Shown piece after piece: positions 38,501-46,610 of a stretch of DNA of 64,000 bases. The notes beneath the pieces were generated by a model. It was not told the origin of the DNA, made no database searches, and saw only the letters and a program-made list of their open reading frames with translations. The position numbers were made by a program, and so were the translations under genes. How positions within the stretch are numbered: position 1 is the stretch's first letter; each line of letters begins with the position of its first letter. Origin of the DNA: Myxococcota bacterium (GTDB lineage: Bacteria > Myxococcota_A > SURF-8); assembly GCA_963674735.2 (NCBI GenBank), contig CAXXQS010000002.1, positions 864,001-928,000 on the forward strand, read 5' to 3'.

Positions 38501-38991
38501 CGGGAAATCCCCCTTATCTCGCCGCCGGTTCGGGATCGTCGGACTCCGGCCCGGAAGCCACCTTCTACCGTTACGACGGCACCAACACAACGTGGAACCC
38601 GGCCTTTCAGTTTTCCCGTAGCGAGCCCGACTATCCCGTTACGGTAAACCCCGGAGAAGTCCGTGCCATTGCCTTCGATCCGAATGTCGGTTATGCCGCC
38701 ATCAGTTATTCACTCATACAACCGAACGAAAGCTACCCCAACGGACTGGCCGCCATCGCCCTTGTTTCACTCAGCACCATCCGTGCCACCGTCGCCCCGC
38801 CATTGGTTCGGGAAATTTACTACGAAGGCCCCCCGGCCGAGGACTTGAATTTCGTTCCCCTGGACGGCGGCTCGGAATACCTGCTCATGCACCCGGCGGT
38901 TCATTACGTCGGACAAACCGAGTATCACGCCTTTTTCATTTGGGATGTATCCACGCTGCTTTCGACGAAAACCGAGATGCAACACGAGTAG
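35569..38991 (+). CDS. Large lipoprotein: ZU5-like, Ig-like (ASH/choice-of-anchor D), Cys-rich repeat stalk, WD40-like propeller
   Basis: CLAC lipobox; GGGQVTGPDGSELDIPQGAL; LDFGLV..ENSGDQPL; CNDGDP.T..D.C..G.C repeats; GH..FASGAADGYVKVW. Confidence 0.75.
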   Translation: MHRLGLIVSVFLCLHVCLACLEEPDLSLSDSDDPGPGGGQVTGPDGSELDIPQGALADAVDFSFTPYTPPEDASFIPVGSFFRIEPADLTFDRAVNLSLPYNPDSIPEGRQEEEVRIWTLAEDESWQEFSGFPDIDKDLARAQILGLGIFGPGIPRIDESIGARLSTSITLDFGLVFLGETETQELILENSGDQPLIVASFPDVQLPFILEATADKMTVPVGGRGSLKIHFKPEEAGTSKDSFTFSTNEPIENPTHTVELIGRGVALDENCRCEPQTPCCTDDGVCWADDEPCAPLEAEECKAYVCDRGSCEYSHLLSDLPCNDGDPQTAYDTCDDGECLGVLMTCDGQTSCCDNGIAINIGQPCTSSDSTTNLCWNYACSDSGFCEWNSPRIGEPCTVDDPDPCFSYVCNANGACDLGDPQPDQPCLIDDPLACRGYACTLSGICEEDAPLENGTPCDDQDNTTFQDSCRNGFCEGLARCVGTTQCCNDGTPANTGQSCTPLLDPDDCWTYICNSQGFCAKNSPNTGASCDPLVEPPQCVRTTCNNLGLCLNEEPDTGADCDPGDARHPCWSYACNENSECATSIAIDGGICDIAATNPCYIYRCSDGACLQSEYNNGASCDDQDTTTYNDYCYDGQCLGLACPCSNETVCCDGCQPINNGLDCNDNNPQTSGDLCVDGVCKGTTTCECDTDDFCCQDSCTAINEGSVCDPGSVVNPCHRFTCHIGDCIYTGSDPDGYPCDVTDGTTASGACFSGVCEGIPLKVVIDIHDTSISAMEISPFSTPSLIAGASGDADGVVKRWELSRGSVGYDSQVKMQEAGHNGKIHTLRYATDGSQFASGAADGYVKVWSAYSVSTPLNYTYNVHVQAADGEVTALAFDPFGSVDTAVYSGTNCGDNCGWLREWNVYGNYNPPYSARFSGYPVEAVDAGYASPNKYLAYGTGISGNFLSVDNISTGTAAVLTDTFNHPIRAIRIAGAGNPPYLAAGSGSSDSGPEATFYRYDGTNTTWNPAFQFSRSEPDYPVTVNPGEVRAIAFDPNVGYAAISYSLIQPNESYPNGLAAIALVSLSTIRATVAPPLVREIYYEGPPAEDLNFVPLDGGSEYLLMHPAVHYVGQTEYHAFFIWDVSTLLSTKTEMQHE

Positions 38992-38993
38992 CG

Positions 38994-39842
38994 TCAGCCT
39001 TTTACGCCACCCGCCGTCAGCCCCCCCACCAGATGGCGCTGCAGGAGAAAGAATAGGGCCATCACCGGCAACGAGACCAGAATGGCTCCGGCGGCGAAAT
39101 ACCCCCAAGCGGTGGAGTAGTCGCCCACATAGCGTTGCAAGGCGACCGGCAGGGTAAAGGCCGTCTCACGGCCGAGGAAGGTGGCCGCCAAGATGAACTC
39201 GTTCCAGGCGGTCATGAAGGAGAACAGCGCCGTCACCACGATGGCCGGACGCGCCAGAGGCAGGATGATCGTCAGAAAAATGCGCAGGCTGCCCGCGCCA
39301 TCCATCACCGCCGCCTCTTCGAGATCTTTGGGGATGGTATCGAAATATCCCTTCAGCATCCACACGCAAAACGGAATGGCCGTGGTGGCGTACACCAGCG
39401 TCAGCCCCAGCATGGAATTCAAAAGCTGCAGGTGGTTGAGCAGGATGTAAAGCGGAATGGCCATCACCACGCCGGGAAACATCTGCGTTACCAGAAACAG
39501 ATTCATGCCCAGTTTACGGCCGGGAAACACGAAACGCGAAAAGGCGTAGGCCGCCGGAGTGGCCAGAGCCACGCCCAAAACGGTGGTGGCCAGGGCCGTC
39601 ACGACGCTGTTGAACAGCCAGTGGCCGAACAGCCACTCACCCGCCGGGCTGGTCTGTCCCACGATTTCCTGAAAATTCAGCCAACTGACCGTCTCGGGAA
39701 ACGGCGAGGCCGACAGGGCGAAGGCCTGCGAGGGGGTGAGCGCCATTTTGATCACCCATAATACCGGATACAAGACCGCCGCGCAGAAGCCCATCAGCGC
39801 CAGGTTGAGGAGGATCGCCTTGAGTAGACTCGGACGCCCCAT
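38994..39842 (-). CDS. malG: Maltodextrin ABC permease MalG
   Basis: AAYAFSR, QMFP, LKGYFDTIPKDLEEAAVMDGAG, GGLTAGGVKG. Confidence 0.92.
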   Translation of the reverse strand: MGRPSLLKAILLNLALMGFCAAVLYPVLWVIKMALTPSQAFALSASPFPETVSWLNFQEIVGQTSPAGEWLFGHWLFNSVVTALATTVLGVALATPAAYAFSRFVFPGRKLGMNLFLVTQMFPGVVMAIPLYILLNHLQLLNSMLGLTLVYATTAIPFCVWMLKGYFDTIPKDLEEAAVMDGAGSLRIFLTIILPLARPAIVVTALFSFMTAWNEFILAATFLGRETAFTLPVALQRYVGDYSTAWGYFAAGAILVSLPVMALFFLLQRHLVGGLTAGGVKG

Positions 39843-39843
39843 G

Positions 39844-42099
39844 CTACACCTCCTGCCCGCCGACCACCCGCCGGGTGAGCCGCGAATACATCAGCAAGAC
39901 CACGAAAATGAGCGTCGCGTAGGCCGCCGCATAGCCGTACTGCTCCTGCCGCGTGAACGCCCAGCGATAGGCTTCGGTGATGAGAATCTCGCTCGCGCCG
40001 TCGGGCTCGCCGCCCGAAACGAGGTAGATGATGTTGAACATGTTGAAGGTCCATACCGATCCGAGAATGACGGCCGGTAGCAGGGCGGGCCGCAGCAAGG
40101 GCAAGGTGATGTGAAAAAAGCGGGTGAACGGTCCCGCGCCGTCCACTTCGGCGGCCTCTTCCAACTCGCGCGGGATGGCCTGCAAGGCTCCCAGCGTCAC
40201 CACCATCATGAAGGGGAACCCCAACCAGGTGTTGGTGGCCACGTTCGCGGCGAAAGAAGTCCAGAAATGCGAAAACCAACTGACCGGCTGAATGTCGAGC
40301 CCCAGCGTGGCGCCCAGCCAGACGATCAACCCGTTGACCGCGCCGAACTGTTTGTTGAACAGGCCTTTCCAGATCAGGGCGGTGATGTAGTTGGGCACCG
40401 CCCACGGTACGATCAGCAAAACGCGATACAACCCGCGCAGGCGCATCCAGGGATCGCGCAATAAAAGCGCCAAACCCAGCCCCACACTCACGTGCAGAAA
40501 AACATTGACCGCCGTCCACAAAACCGTGACACCGAGGGTGAAATAGAACGACAGCGGGTCGTCGAGGCTGTAATCGCGCGAGCTGAGGATGTTGATGAAA
40601 TTGGTGAAACCGACGAAGGTGAACTCTCCTTGCCGGTGGGCGAAAAAGGCAACGGCCGTTCCGACAATGAAGGGCACGAACACCAGAAGTCCCATCCCGA
40701 TCAACGTGGGAATCAAATATAAATAAGCGGTTTTGCTGCGCCAGGCCGCCGAGAAAACGCTCCGCCGGATGGCAACGATCCCGCCGATCAGCAGCAAAAT
40801 TCCCAGCACCACCGCCAGTGCGATGAGATAAGGTTGGGGATCCTGCGTCTGCGGGCGCGGCCGGGTCAGGACTTTCAGACGCGTTTGAGCCAGCTTGAGC
40901 GCCTCTTCCGGTGTGGCGGATCCGCGCAAGACCTGCCGCAGCGCCTGGGCGGCCGGTTCCCACACGGCCCGCATGCGCGGATCGTTGGGCATCGGCACCG
41001 CCTGCTTGCCCATTTTGATGAAGCCGCTCAAAAGCGGGTCGTCGTTGGCAGCGACGATCAGATCGGCCACCGTGCGATCGGCCACCGCCTGACGCCCCGT
41101 CAGAGCACGCCGCCGTGCGCCTTCGCCCAAAGCCAGAAATTCGGCCACGCGCCGAGCGTCTTCGGGATTGGCGGCATAGGCAGACAGAAAGACCGCCTCG
41201 ACGGTCATAAACGGCGTAGCCGGGCGACCGGTTTCCGATACGCTCGGTAGAGGGGCGACCCGCACCGTCTGAGTCGGATCGAGCTCGCCCAAAAACCAGG
41301 GACCATTGATCGCCAGCACCGCCCGCCGTTCATTGAAAAGCTGCGTCACCAGGCTTCCGGTGGATTCCTCCGGCACACAACCTTCCTCGACCAGCTTCGC
41401 CGCGAAGGCCAGCGAACGGGCGTTCTCGGGCGTATCGAGATCGACCCGTCCCTCGGCATCGAAGACACCGCCGCCGAAGCCGAACAGCCAGGGGGCATGA
41501 TGATAAAAACTTCCCGATTCGTAAGCCAGGGCGAAACGCTTGTCCGCTTGGCTGCGCCGACAAAGCTTAAGCAAAGCGTCGGTGGTGGCCGGGATGATCG
41601 GCTCCGGCGTACAGTCCTCGACCGACCCGGCGGCAGCCGTCTCCGGACACGTCGTTTGCGGAAGCAATTCCGGATGAACGAACAGAGCCAAGGACTTGAA
41701 GGCCAAGGGCCAGCCGTAGGTTTTTCCTTCGAAACGCAGGGCATCGAGTGTAACCGACAGAAAGCGTCGTGCGGCGACGTCCGCGAATTCCGTTTCGGCA
41801 ATCAAACCCGACCGGGACCACTCCCCCACCCGCTCGTGGGCGAAGATGAACAGATCGGGTCCGTTTCCATTGGGAATGGCCGAAGCCAGCTTGGTGGCAT
41901 AGGCTTCATAGGGCAGGGCCAAAAGCGTCAGCGGCGCATCCGGATGGGCGTGGTTCCAGGCCTCCGCTAGCTGGTCCAGGGCCTCGCGCTCCTCGCCGCG
42001 ATAGGCATGCCACAACGTCAGCGGCGCGGCCAGGGCAACCGAAGTCGTCGCAACAGTTAGGGCAACGGCCAGAAGAACGAGCAGCCCGCGACGCAGCAT
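39844..42099 (-). CDS. Fused maltodextrin-binding protein and permease (MalE-MalF)
   Basis: GNGPDLFIFAHERVG, INGPWF, PMPNDPRM..VW binding-protein motifs in frame with VGFTNF, WLGFPFMM, ELEEAAEVDGAG permease motifs. Confidence 0.9.
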   Translation of the reverse strand: MLRRGLLVLLAVALTVATTSVALAAPLTLWHAYRGEEREALDQLAEAWNHAHPDAPLTLLALPYEAYATKLASAIPNGNGPDLFIFAHERVGEWSRSGLIAETEFADVAARRFLSVTLDALRFEGKTYGWPLAFKSLALFVHPELLPQTTCPETAAAGSVEDCTPEPIIPATTDALLKLCRRSQADKRFALAYESGSFYHHAPWLFGFGGGVFDAEGRVDLDTPENARSLAFAAKLVEEGCVPEESTGSLVTQLFNERRAVLAINGPWFLGELDPTQTVRVAPLPSVSETGRPATPFMTVEAVFLSAYAANPEDARRVAEFLALGEGARRRALTGRQAVADRTVADLIVAANDDPLLSGFIKMGKQAVPMPNDPRMRAVWEPAAQALRQVLRGSATPEEALKLAQTRLKVLTRPRPQTQDPQPYLIALAVVLGILLLIGGIVAIRRSVFSAAWRSKTAYLYLIPTLIGMGLLVFVPFIVGTAVAFFAHRQGEFTFVGFTNFINILSSRDYSLDDPLSFYFTLGVTVLWTAVNVFLHVSVGLGLALLLRDPWMRLRGLYRVLLIVPWAVPNYITALIWKGLFNKQFGAVNGLIVWLGATLGLDIQPVSWFSHFWTSFAANVATNTWLGFPFMMVVTLGALQAIPRELEEAAEVDGAGPFTRFFHITLPLLRPALLPAVILGSVWTFNMFNIIYLVSGGEPDGASEILITEAYRWAFTRQEQYGYAAAYATLIFVVLLMYSRLTRRVVGGQEV

Positions 42100-42100
42100 C

Positions 42101-43195
42101 TCAGGCCTCCTCGGGACGCAGCGCCCGGCCATTCAACGGGTCGAACAAATGGATCGCGTCGCGTTCCACCTGAAAAACCACCCGTTTCCCGGCAGCCAGG
42201 CCTTTGGCGTTGCGCGCTTCCACCTGCGCGACCAAGGTCTCACCCCCCACCTCGCCATGCAGCAGCACATCGAAGCCCAAGGGTTCCACCACCGACAGAT
42301 TGCCGATCACGGCCCCCGCCCCGTTGCCGGTCGGACGCAAGTCGTGGGGCCGCACGCCTACCAGCACCCGCGATGGGATATCCAGGGCGGCATAGCTTTC
42401 GGGCAAGGCCAGTTCGAAACCCGGACCGCTGACACCGGGGACCGGGTCGGCCCGAAATTCGCCGTCGAAAAAATTCATCCGTGGCGACCCGATAAACGAC
42501 GCCACAAACCGATTGGCCGGACGATTGTATAGATCGTCGGGGGAGCCGACCTGTTGCAGCACGCCACCCTCCAAGACCGCGATCCGGTCGGCCAAGGTCA
42601 TGGCCTCCACCTGGTCGTGGGTGACGTAAACCATGGTCGCCCCGAGTTCCGCGTGCAGCTTCTTGAGTTCCACTCGCATCTGCGCCCGTAAAGCGGCGTC
42701 CAGATTGGACAACGGCTCGTCGAACAAAAAGACTTTCGGGCTGCGCACGATGGCGCGTCCCATGGCCACCCGCTGGCGCTGGCCACCTGAAAGCTGCTTG
42801 GGCAGCCGCGCCAAAAGCTCGCTCAGTCCGAGTTTCTGCGCCGCCGCATCCACCCGCGTGCGAATCTCCGCTTTCTTCACACCGGCCACGGACAGCGAAA
42901 AGCCCATATTGGCACGCACCGTCATGTGCGGATAAAGCGCATAGCTCTGAAACACCATGGCGCAATCGCGGTCTTTGGGCCGCAGCTTGTTGACCCGCCG
43001 CCCGTCGATGTACAGATCTCCTTCGGTGACCTCCTCCAAACCGGCGATGCAACGCAGAAGCGTGGATTTCCCGCAGCCGGAGGGACCGACCAGCACCATG
43101 AACTCACCATCGGCGATGTCGAGATCGATCCCTTTCAGGATATGGACTTTCCCGTCATACCACTTGTTGACGCCCGCCAGCCGCAATTCCGCCAT
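42101..43195 (-). CDS. malK: Sugar ABC transporter ATPase MalK
   Basis: GPSGCGKST, LSGGQRQRVAMGRA, FLFDEPLSNLDA, YVTHDQVEAMT. Confidence 0.95.
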   Translation of the reverse strand: MAELRLAGVNKWYDGKVHILKGIDLDIADGEFMVLVGPSGCGKSTLLRCIAGLEEVTEGDLYIDGRRVNKLRPKDRDCAMVFQSYALYPHMTVRANMGFSLSVAGVKKAEIRTRVDAAAQKLGLSELLARLPKQLSGGQRQRVAMGRAIVRSPKVFLFDEPLSNLDAALRAQMRVELKKLHAELGATMVYVTHDQVEAMTLADRIAVLEGGVLQQVGSPDDLYNRPANRFVASFIGSPRMNFFDGEFRADPVPGVSGPGFELALPESYAALDIPSRVLVGVRPHDLRPTGNGAGAVIGNLSVVEPLGFDVLLHGEVGGETLVAQVEARNAKGLAAGKRVVFQVERDAIHLFDPLNGRALRPEEA

Positions 43196-43198
43196 CGC

Positions 43199-45088
43199 CT
43201 ACCTCGCCACGAAAACTTTACCGCCGCGCGCAGGCACGACGATATTGACCGTTTGATTGCCGCTAACGACCGCTTCGTCATTGGGATCGGCATCCTCGAA
43301 AACATTGACCAACCGCGTTCCGGCAGGGAAGCCGACCGTCATCTCGCCCCCGCCCGTATCTGTCGCGCTGGTGCGCGCGGCATGTGAGCCATGCGCATTG
43401 ATCACCACCAGTATCCGCTCCCCCTTGTATTCGCGCTCGAAAGCGTAGATCCCGGCGTCCTGTTCGTCCGCAACGTGATCCGTGCTCCAGCGAATCGTGA
43501 AGTCGCCACGACGCAAGGGTGCGTAATCGCGGCGCAGGGCGGTCAGCTTCTGCACATGGCGGAAGGTCGGCCCGTCGGTGGCGTAGCCGCTTTTCCACAT
43601 ATCCTCGCGGTTGGCCGGATCGTTGCCTCCGTCGAATTCCTGTTCGGTGCCGTAGTAGAGGCACGGCAAACCGTCGATGGTGAACTGGTAGAACAAGGCC
43701 GCGTGCAGGGCGTCGATGTCCTCGAAATCGTAAAGAAAACGCGGCAGGTCGTGATTGTCGAGAAAGTTGACCAGAAGCTGGGTGGGAACCAGGCTCGCGC
43801 CATCCGCCCCGACCGGGCCGTTCGGTTTGGAAGTCCGGCTGTAATTCGCCAAGCGCTGTTGGTACAGATCCTCCAGCCCGCTGGTCGGACCGTTGTACTT
43901 GAACACGCCGTCGATGGCGAATTTCTGGGAGAAATAGAACAAGCTGTCCAGTTCATCGTCATGCGTGTAACTGCCCAGAAGCGGATCGTAACCATCGAAG
44001 ACTTCGCCGAACATGAAGAAGTTTTCTTTGCCGAGGCTATGGGCGAACTGGCGAATCTGCGGGCAGAAATACTGGAAGAATTCGTGCTCCACATGCTTGA
44101 CCGTGTCGATGCGGAAACCGTCGAAATCCGCCTTTTCGATCCAGTCGGCGAAGACTTTGAAGAGTGCCTGACGCACCTCGGGCAGGGTGGTATCGAGGTC
44201 TTTGAGCCCGCCGGGAAAATCGCCGCGCGTTTCCTGCAAGGTGACATACGCCTCGCAGGCGGGCAAGTCGCGCCACGATCCCGCATTGTCGGCTTCTTCC
44301 CGAGTAATGACCCCTTCGGTCAGGCAGGCATCTTTTTCGCGTCCCCAAACCGTGACACGCCCCATGCGGTTGTACCAGTCCGGATTTTGAAATTCCTCCG
44401 GCATGGGCGGAGTACGAGAAATTTCGGGCATATACACCCAACGGATGGGCGCGGAACCGGATTCTCCCATGGAGGTGAAGGCCTGAACGCCACGCGAATC
44501 GAAATCGGGGTCCCATTCCGTCGCACGCGACAGGGGCGAGCTCGTGGCGGAACCGGTGAGCCATTCATCCGGCTGGCCGTTACGGTTGATGTCGTAATAG
44601 AAGAGCTGGCCGATGTGGTTGACCACCACGTCGAGAATCACCTTGATGGGTGGATTGCGCGCGTGACAGGCATTGACGAATTCCCGCAGTTTGGCCAAAT
44701 CGCCGAAATGGGGATTCACACTCGTGAAGTCCTGCGCCCAATAGCCGTGATAGCTGGCAAACCCGGCGTCCTCTTCCACGTTTTTAACCACCGGCGAAAT
44801 CCACAAGGCCGTCACACCCAGCTCTTCGAAGTAATCGAGTCGATCGATCAGGCCCTGCCAATCACCGCCGTGATAGGCCGCCTCGGAAACCGGATCGACG
44901 TTGAAGTCGTTGGAGCGGTCGCCGTTGGCGAAGCGATCCACCATCACCTGGTAGATGATTTCGTCGCGCCAGTCTTCCACATGGCTGCCGACTTCGAAGT
45001 CTTCATCCACTGCCGCGCCGTCCACGCAACCCAAGATAAACGCCAGTATCATCAAAATCGGAAGGATTCCCGCTTGTTTCATCATCAT
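43199..45088 (-). CDS. GH13 alpha-amylase lipoprotein
   Basis: Lipobox ILGC; IYQVMVDRF, GGDWQG, YHGYW, DVVVNH, DGFRIDTVKH, GEVF, FLDNHD, YYGTEQ. Confidence 0.92.
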   Translation of the reverse strand: MMMKQAGILPILMILAFILGCVDGAAVDEDFEVGSHVEDWRDEIIYQVMVDRFANGDRSNDFNVDPVSEAAYHGGDWQGLIDRLDYFEELGVTALWISPVVKNVEEDAGFASYHGYWAQDFTSVNPHFGDLAKLREFVNACHARNPPIKVILDVVVNHIGQLFYYDINRNGQPDEWLTGSATSSPLSRATEWDPDFDSRGVQAFTSMGESGSAPIRWVYMPEISRTPPMPEEFQNPDWYNRMGRVTVWGREKDACLTEGVITREEADNAGSWRDLPACEAYVTLQETRGDFPGGLKDLDTTLPEVRQALFKVFADWIEKADFDGFRIDTVKHVEHEFFQYFCPQIRQFAHSLGKENFFMFGEVFDGYDPLLGSYTHDDELDSLFYFSQKFAIDGVFKYNGPTSGLEDLYQQRLANYSRTSKPNGPVGADGASLVPTQLLVNFLDNHDLPRFLYDFEDIDALHAALFYQFTIDGLPCLYYGTEQEFDGGNDPANREDMWKSGYATDGPTFRHVQKLTALRRDYAPLRRGDFTIRWSTDHVADEQDAGIYAFEREYKGERILVVINAHGSHAARTSATDTGGGEMTVGFPAGTRLVNVFEDADPNDEAVVSGNQTVNIVVPARGGKVFVAR

Positions 45089-45098
45089 CGCCCTCCCG

Positions 45099-46610
45099 TT
45101 ACCGGTAACTGCTGTTGAACCACCACTCCACCTGGGCCCCGAAATAATGCTGCCAGGCACTATCGCGCCGTCGGTCTTCCAGCGGGAAGACATCGCGGGC
45201 TCCCTTGTTGAGATGGCTTAGCGTGTAAACCAACCGGAACTGCGGCCGCTCGTAGGTACCCCGATCCCAGCTCAGAACCTCCATGACCGAAAGCTGCCAA
45301 ACCTGCGGAACAAGACGCGTTTCTTCGATCACGCTCAGGCCTTCGGGCCGTCGCCACTGGTAGCTGAATTCGAAGCCCTGGTGAAAGTGGTCGGTGATGA
45401 AGATGTGTGGACGCGCCGCCAGCGCTCCCTCCCAGAAGTCGTCCAGATCGACTTCGTTGGGATCGGCGTCCTTGAACTTACGCACATAACCCGCCCCCAT
45501 CACACCCACCCAGCGGCTTTCCCAGTTAAGCGAGAAACCGGCGACCAACTCCTGTGCGCCGTCGGTGGTGTCGTTATTGTTCAAGCCCCAGGGAACACCC
45601 CACTCGCCATAAGCGGCCAGACGTTCGGCGTAGCGTAGAAAGAGGTTGAAATGCCCATGCGGCGCGAAATCCCATAACCCCAGTTGGGCTCCCACCACCC
45701 AACCGAGATCGGATGGCAGATCTTCTTTCGTTTGGGTTTCGCTGTTGGTGAAACCGCCGGACGGAAGGTGATGGAATTCGCCGTAAAGACTCACCTTCAT
45801 GGACAGATGGTCGGTCACGTCGAACAGGTGATAGGTTCCCTTGAGCGAGGTGATGAAACGCTGCCGATCGAGACCGACCACCGATTCGGCTCCCACCCCA
45901 CGTCCCGGCACCTCCAACTCCTGGAACTGAAAATCGTCGGTCAGACGGTTGACGCCCGCCTGCCACTTGATTTCCAATGCCTTGTAAAAGACGCCAACAC
46001 CGCCACCAACCGTATTGAGGTTGTCGAGCGGCCAGTAATCGAACAGGTAGATGTCGTCGCCGCGATACATGCGCGAACCCAACCATAGTTTGACGTATGG
46101 CAGAAAGCCCTCCGCCTCGGCATAAAGATTGCGCAGGCCCATACGTTGATCGACATCGCCGGTGAAATGGAAGAAGTCCTCGAACAAGGCCAGGGTGATC
46201 TGCATACGGACGGCGAAATCGTCCTTCGGATGCTCCATGCGATAGCCGAAATCCAGTTCGGCATAGGGGCCTTCCAAGATGCGCGGACCGTGACCGGCCA
46301 CGTTGATATCCTGGGCCGGATGCCCTTTCAGGTCTCCCGCCGCCTGAATACGGCCATAGGAACCGAAGGTGAAGGCGTGTTCGATGGACGTGCTTTCCAC
46401 CGGCGCAGCGGCCGCCGTTTCCGCCGCTTCCGCCGTTTCCGCAACGGGCGACGCTTCTTCACCAACGGCCGGAGCGTCTTGTGCAAACAGCCCAGATGGC
46501 CACGCCAAAAGCAAAGCCAGCATCCAGGCAGGAAACACAACTCGCCACCAGCCGGATGCTCCGCTCCACCTCGCATTGGGTCTGCTCGACACCTTATTCA
46601 TCCGCGGCAT
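45099..46610 (-). CDS. lamB: Carbohydrate porin (LamB/maltoporin-like)
   Basis: FGSYGR, YAEL, W.GSRMYRGDDIYLFDYWPLD, RPQFRL.Y, C-terminal FGAQVEWWF. Confidence 0.82.
   Translation of the reverse strand: MPRMNKVSSRPNARWSGASGWWRVVFPAWMLALLLAWPSGLFAQDAPAVGEEASPVAETAEAAETAAAAPVESTSIEHAFTFGSYGRIQAAGDLKGHPAQDINVAGHGPRILEGPYAELDFGYRMEHPKDDFAVRMQITLALFEDFFHFTGDVDQRMGLRNLYAEAEGFLPYVKLWLGSRMYRGDDIYLFDYWPLDNLNTVGGGVGVFYKALEIKWQAGVNRLTDDFQFQELEVPGRGVGAESVVGLDRQRFITSLKGTYHLFDVTDHLSMKVSLYGEFHHLPSGGFTNSETQTKEDLPSDLGWVVGAQLGLWDFAPHGHFNLFLRYAERLAAYGEWGVPWGLNNNDTTDGAQELVAGFSLNWESRWVGVMGAGYVRKFKDADPNEVDLDDFWEGALAARPHIFITDHFHQGFEFSYQWRRPEGLSVIEETRLVPQVWQLSVMEVLSWDRGTYERPQFRLVYTLSHLNKGARDVFPLEDRRRDSAWQHYFGAQVEWWFNSSYR

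Noticed and set aside
39794-40963. Alternative-frame ORF suggesting a frameshift in malF
   Set aside because: The MalE-MalF frame is continuous with intact permease motifs
43391-45118. 575-aa plus-strand ORF and similar long antisense ORFs (13358, 15862, 56626, 59314)
   Set aside because: Shadow frames of well-supported genes in GC-rich DNA, no recognisable motifs
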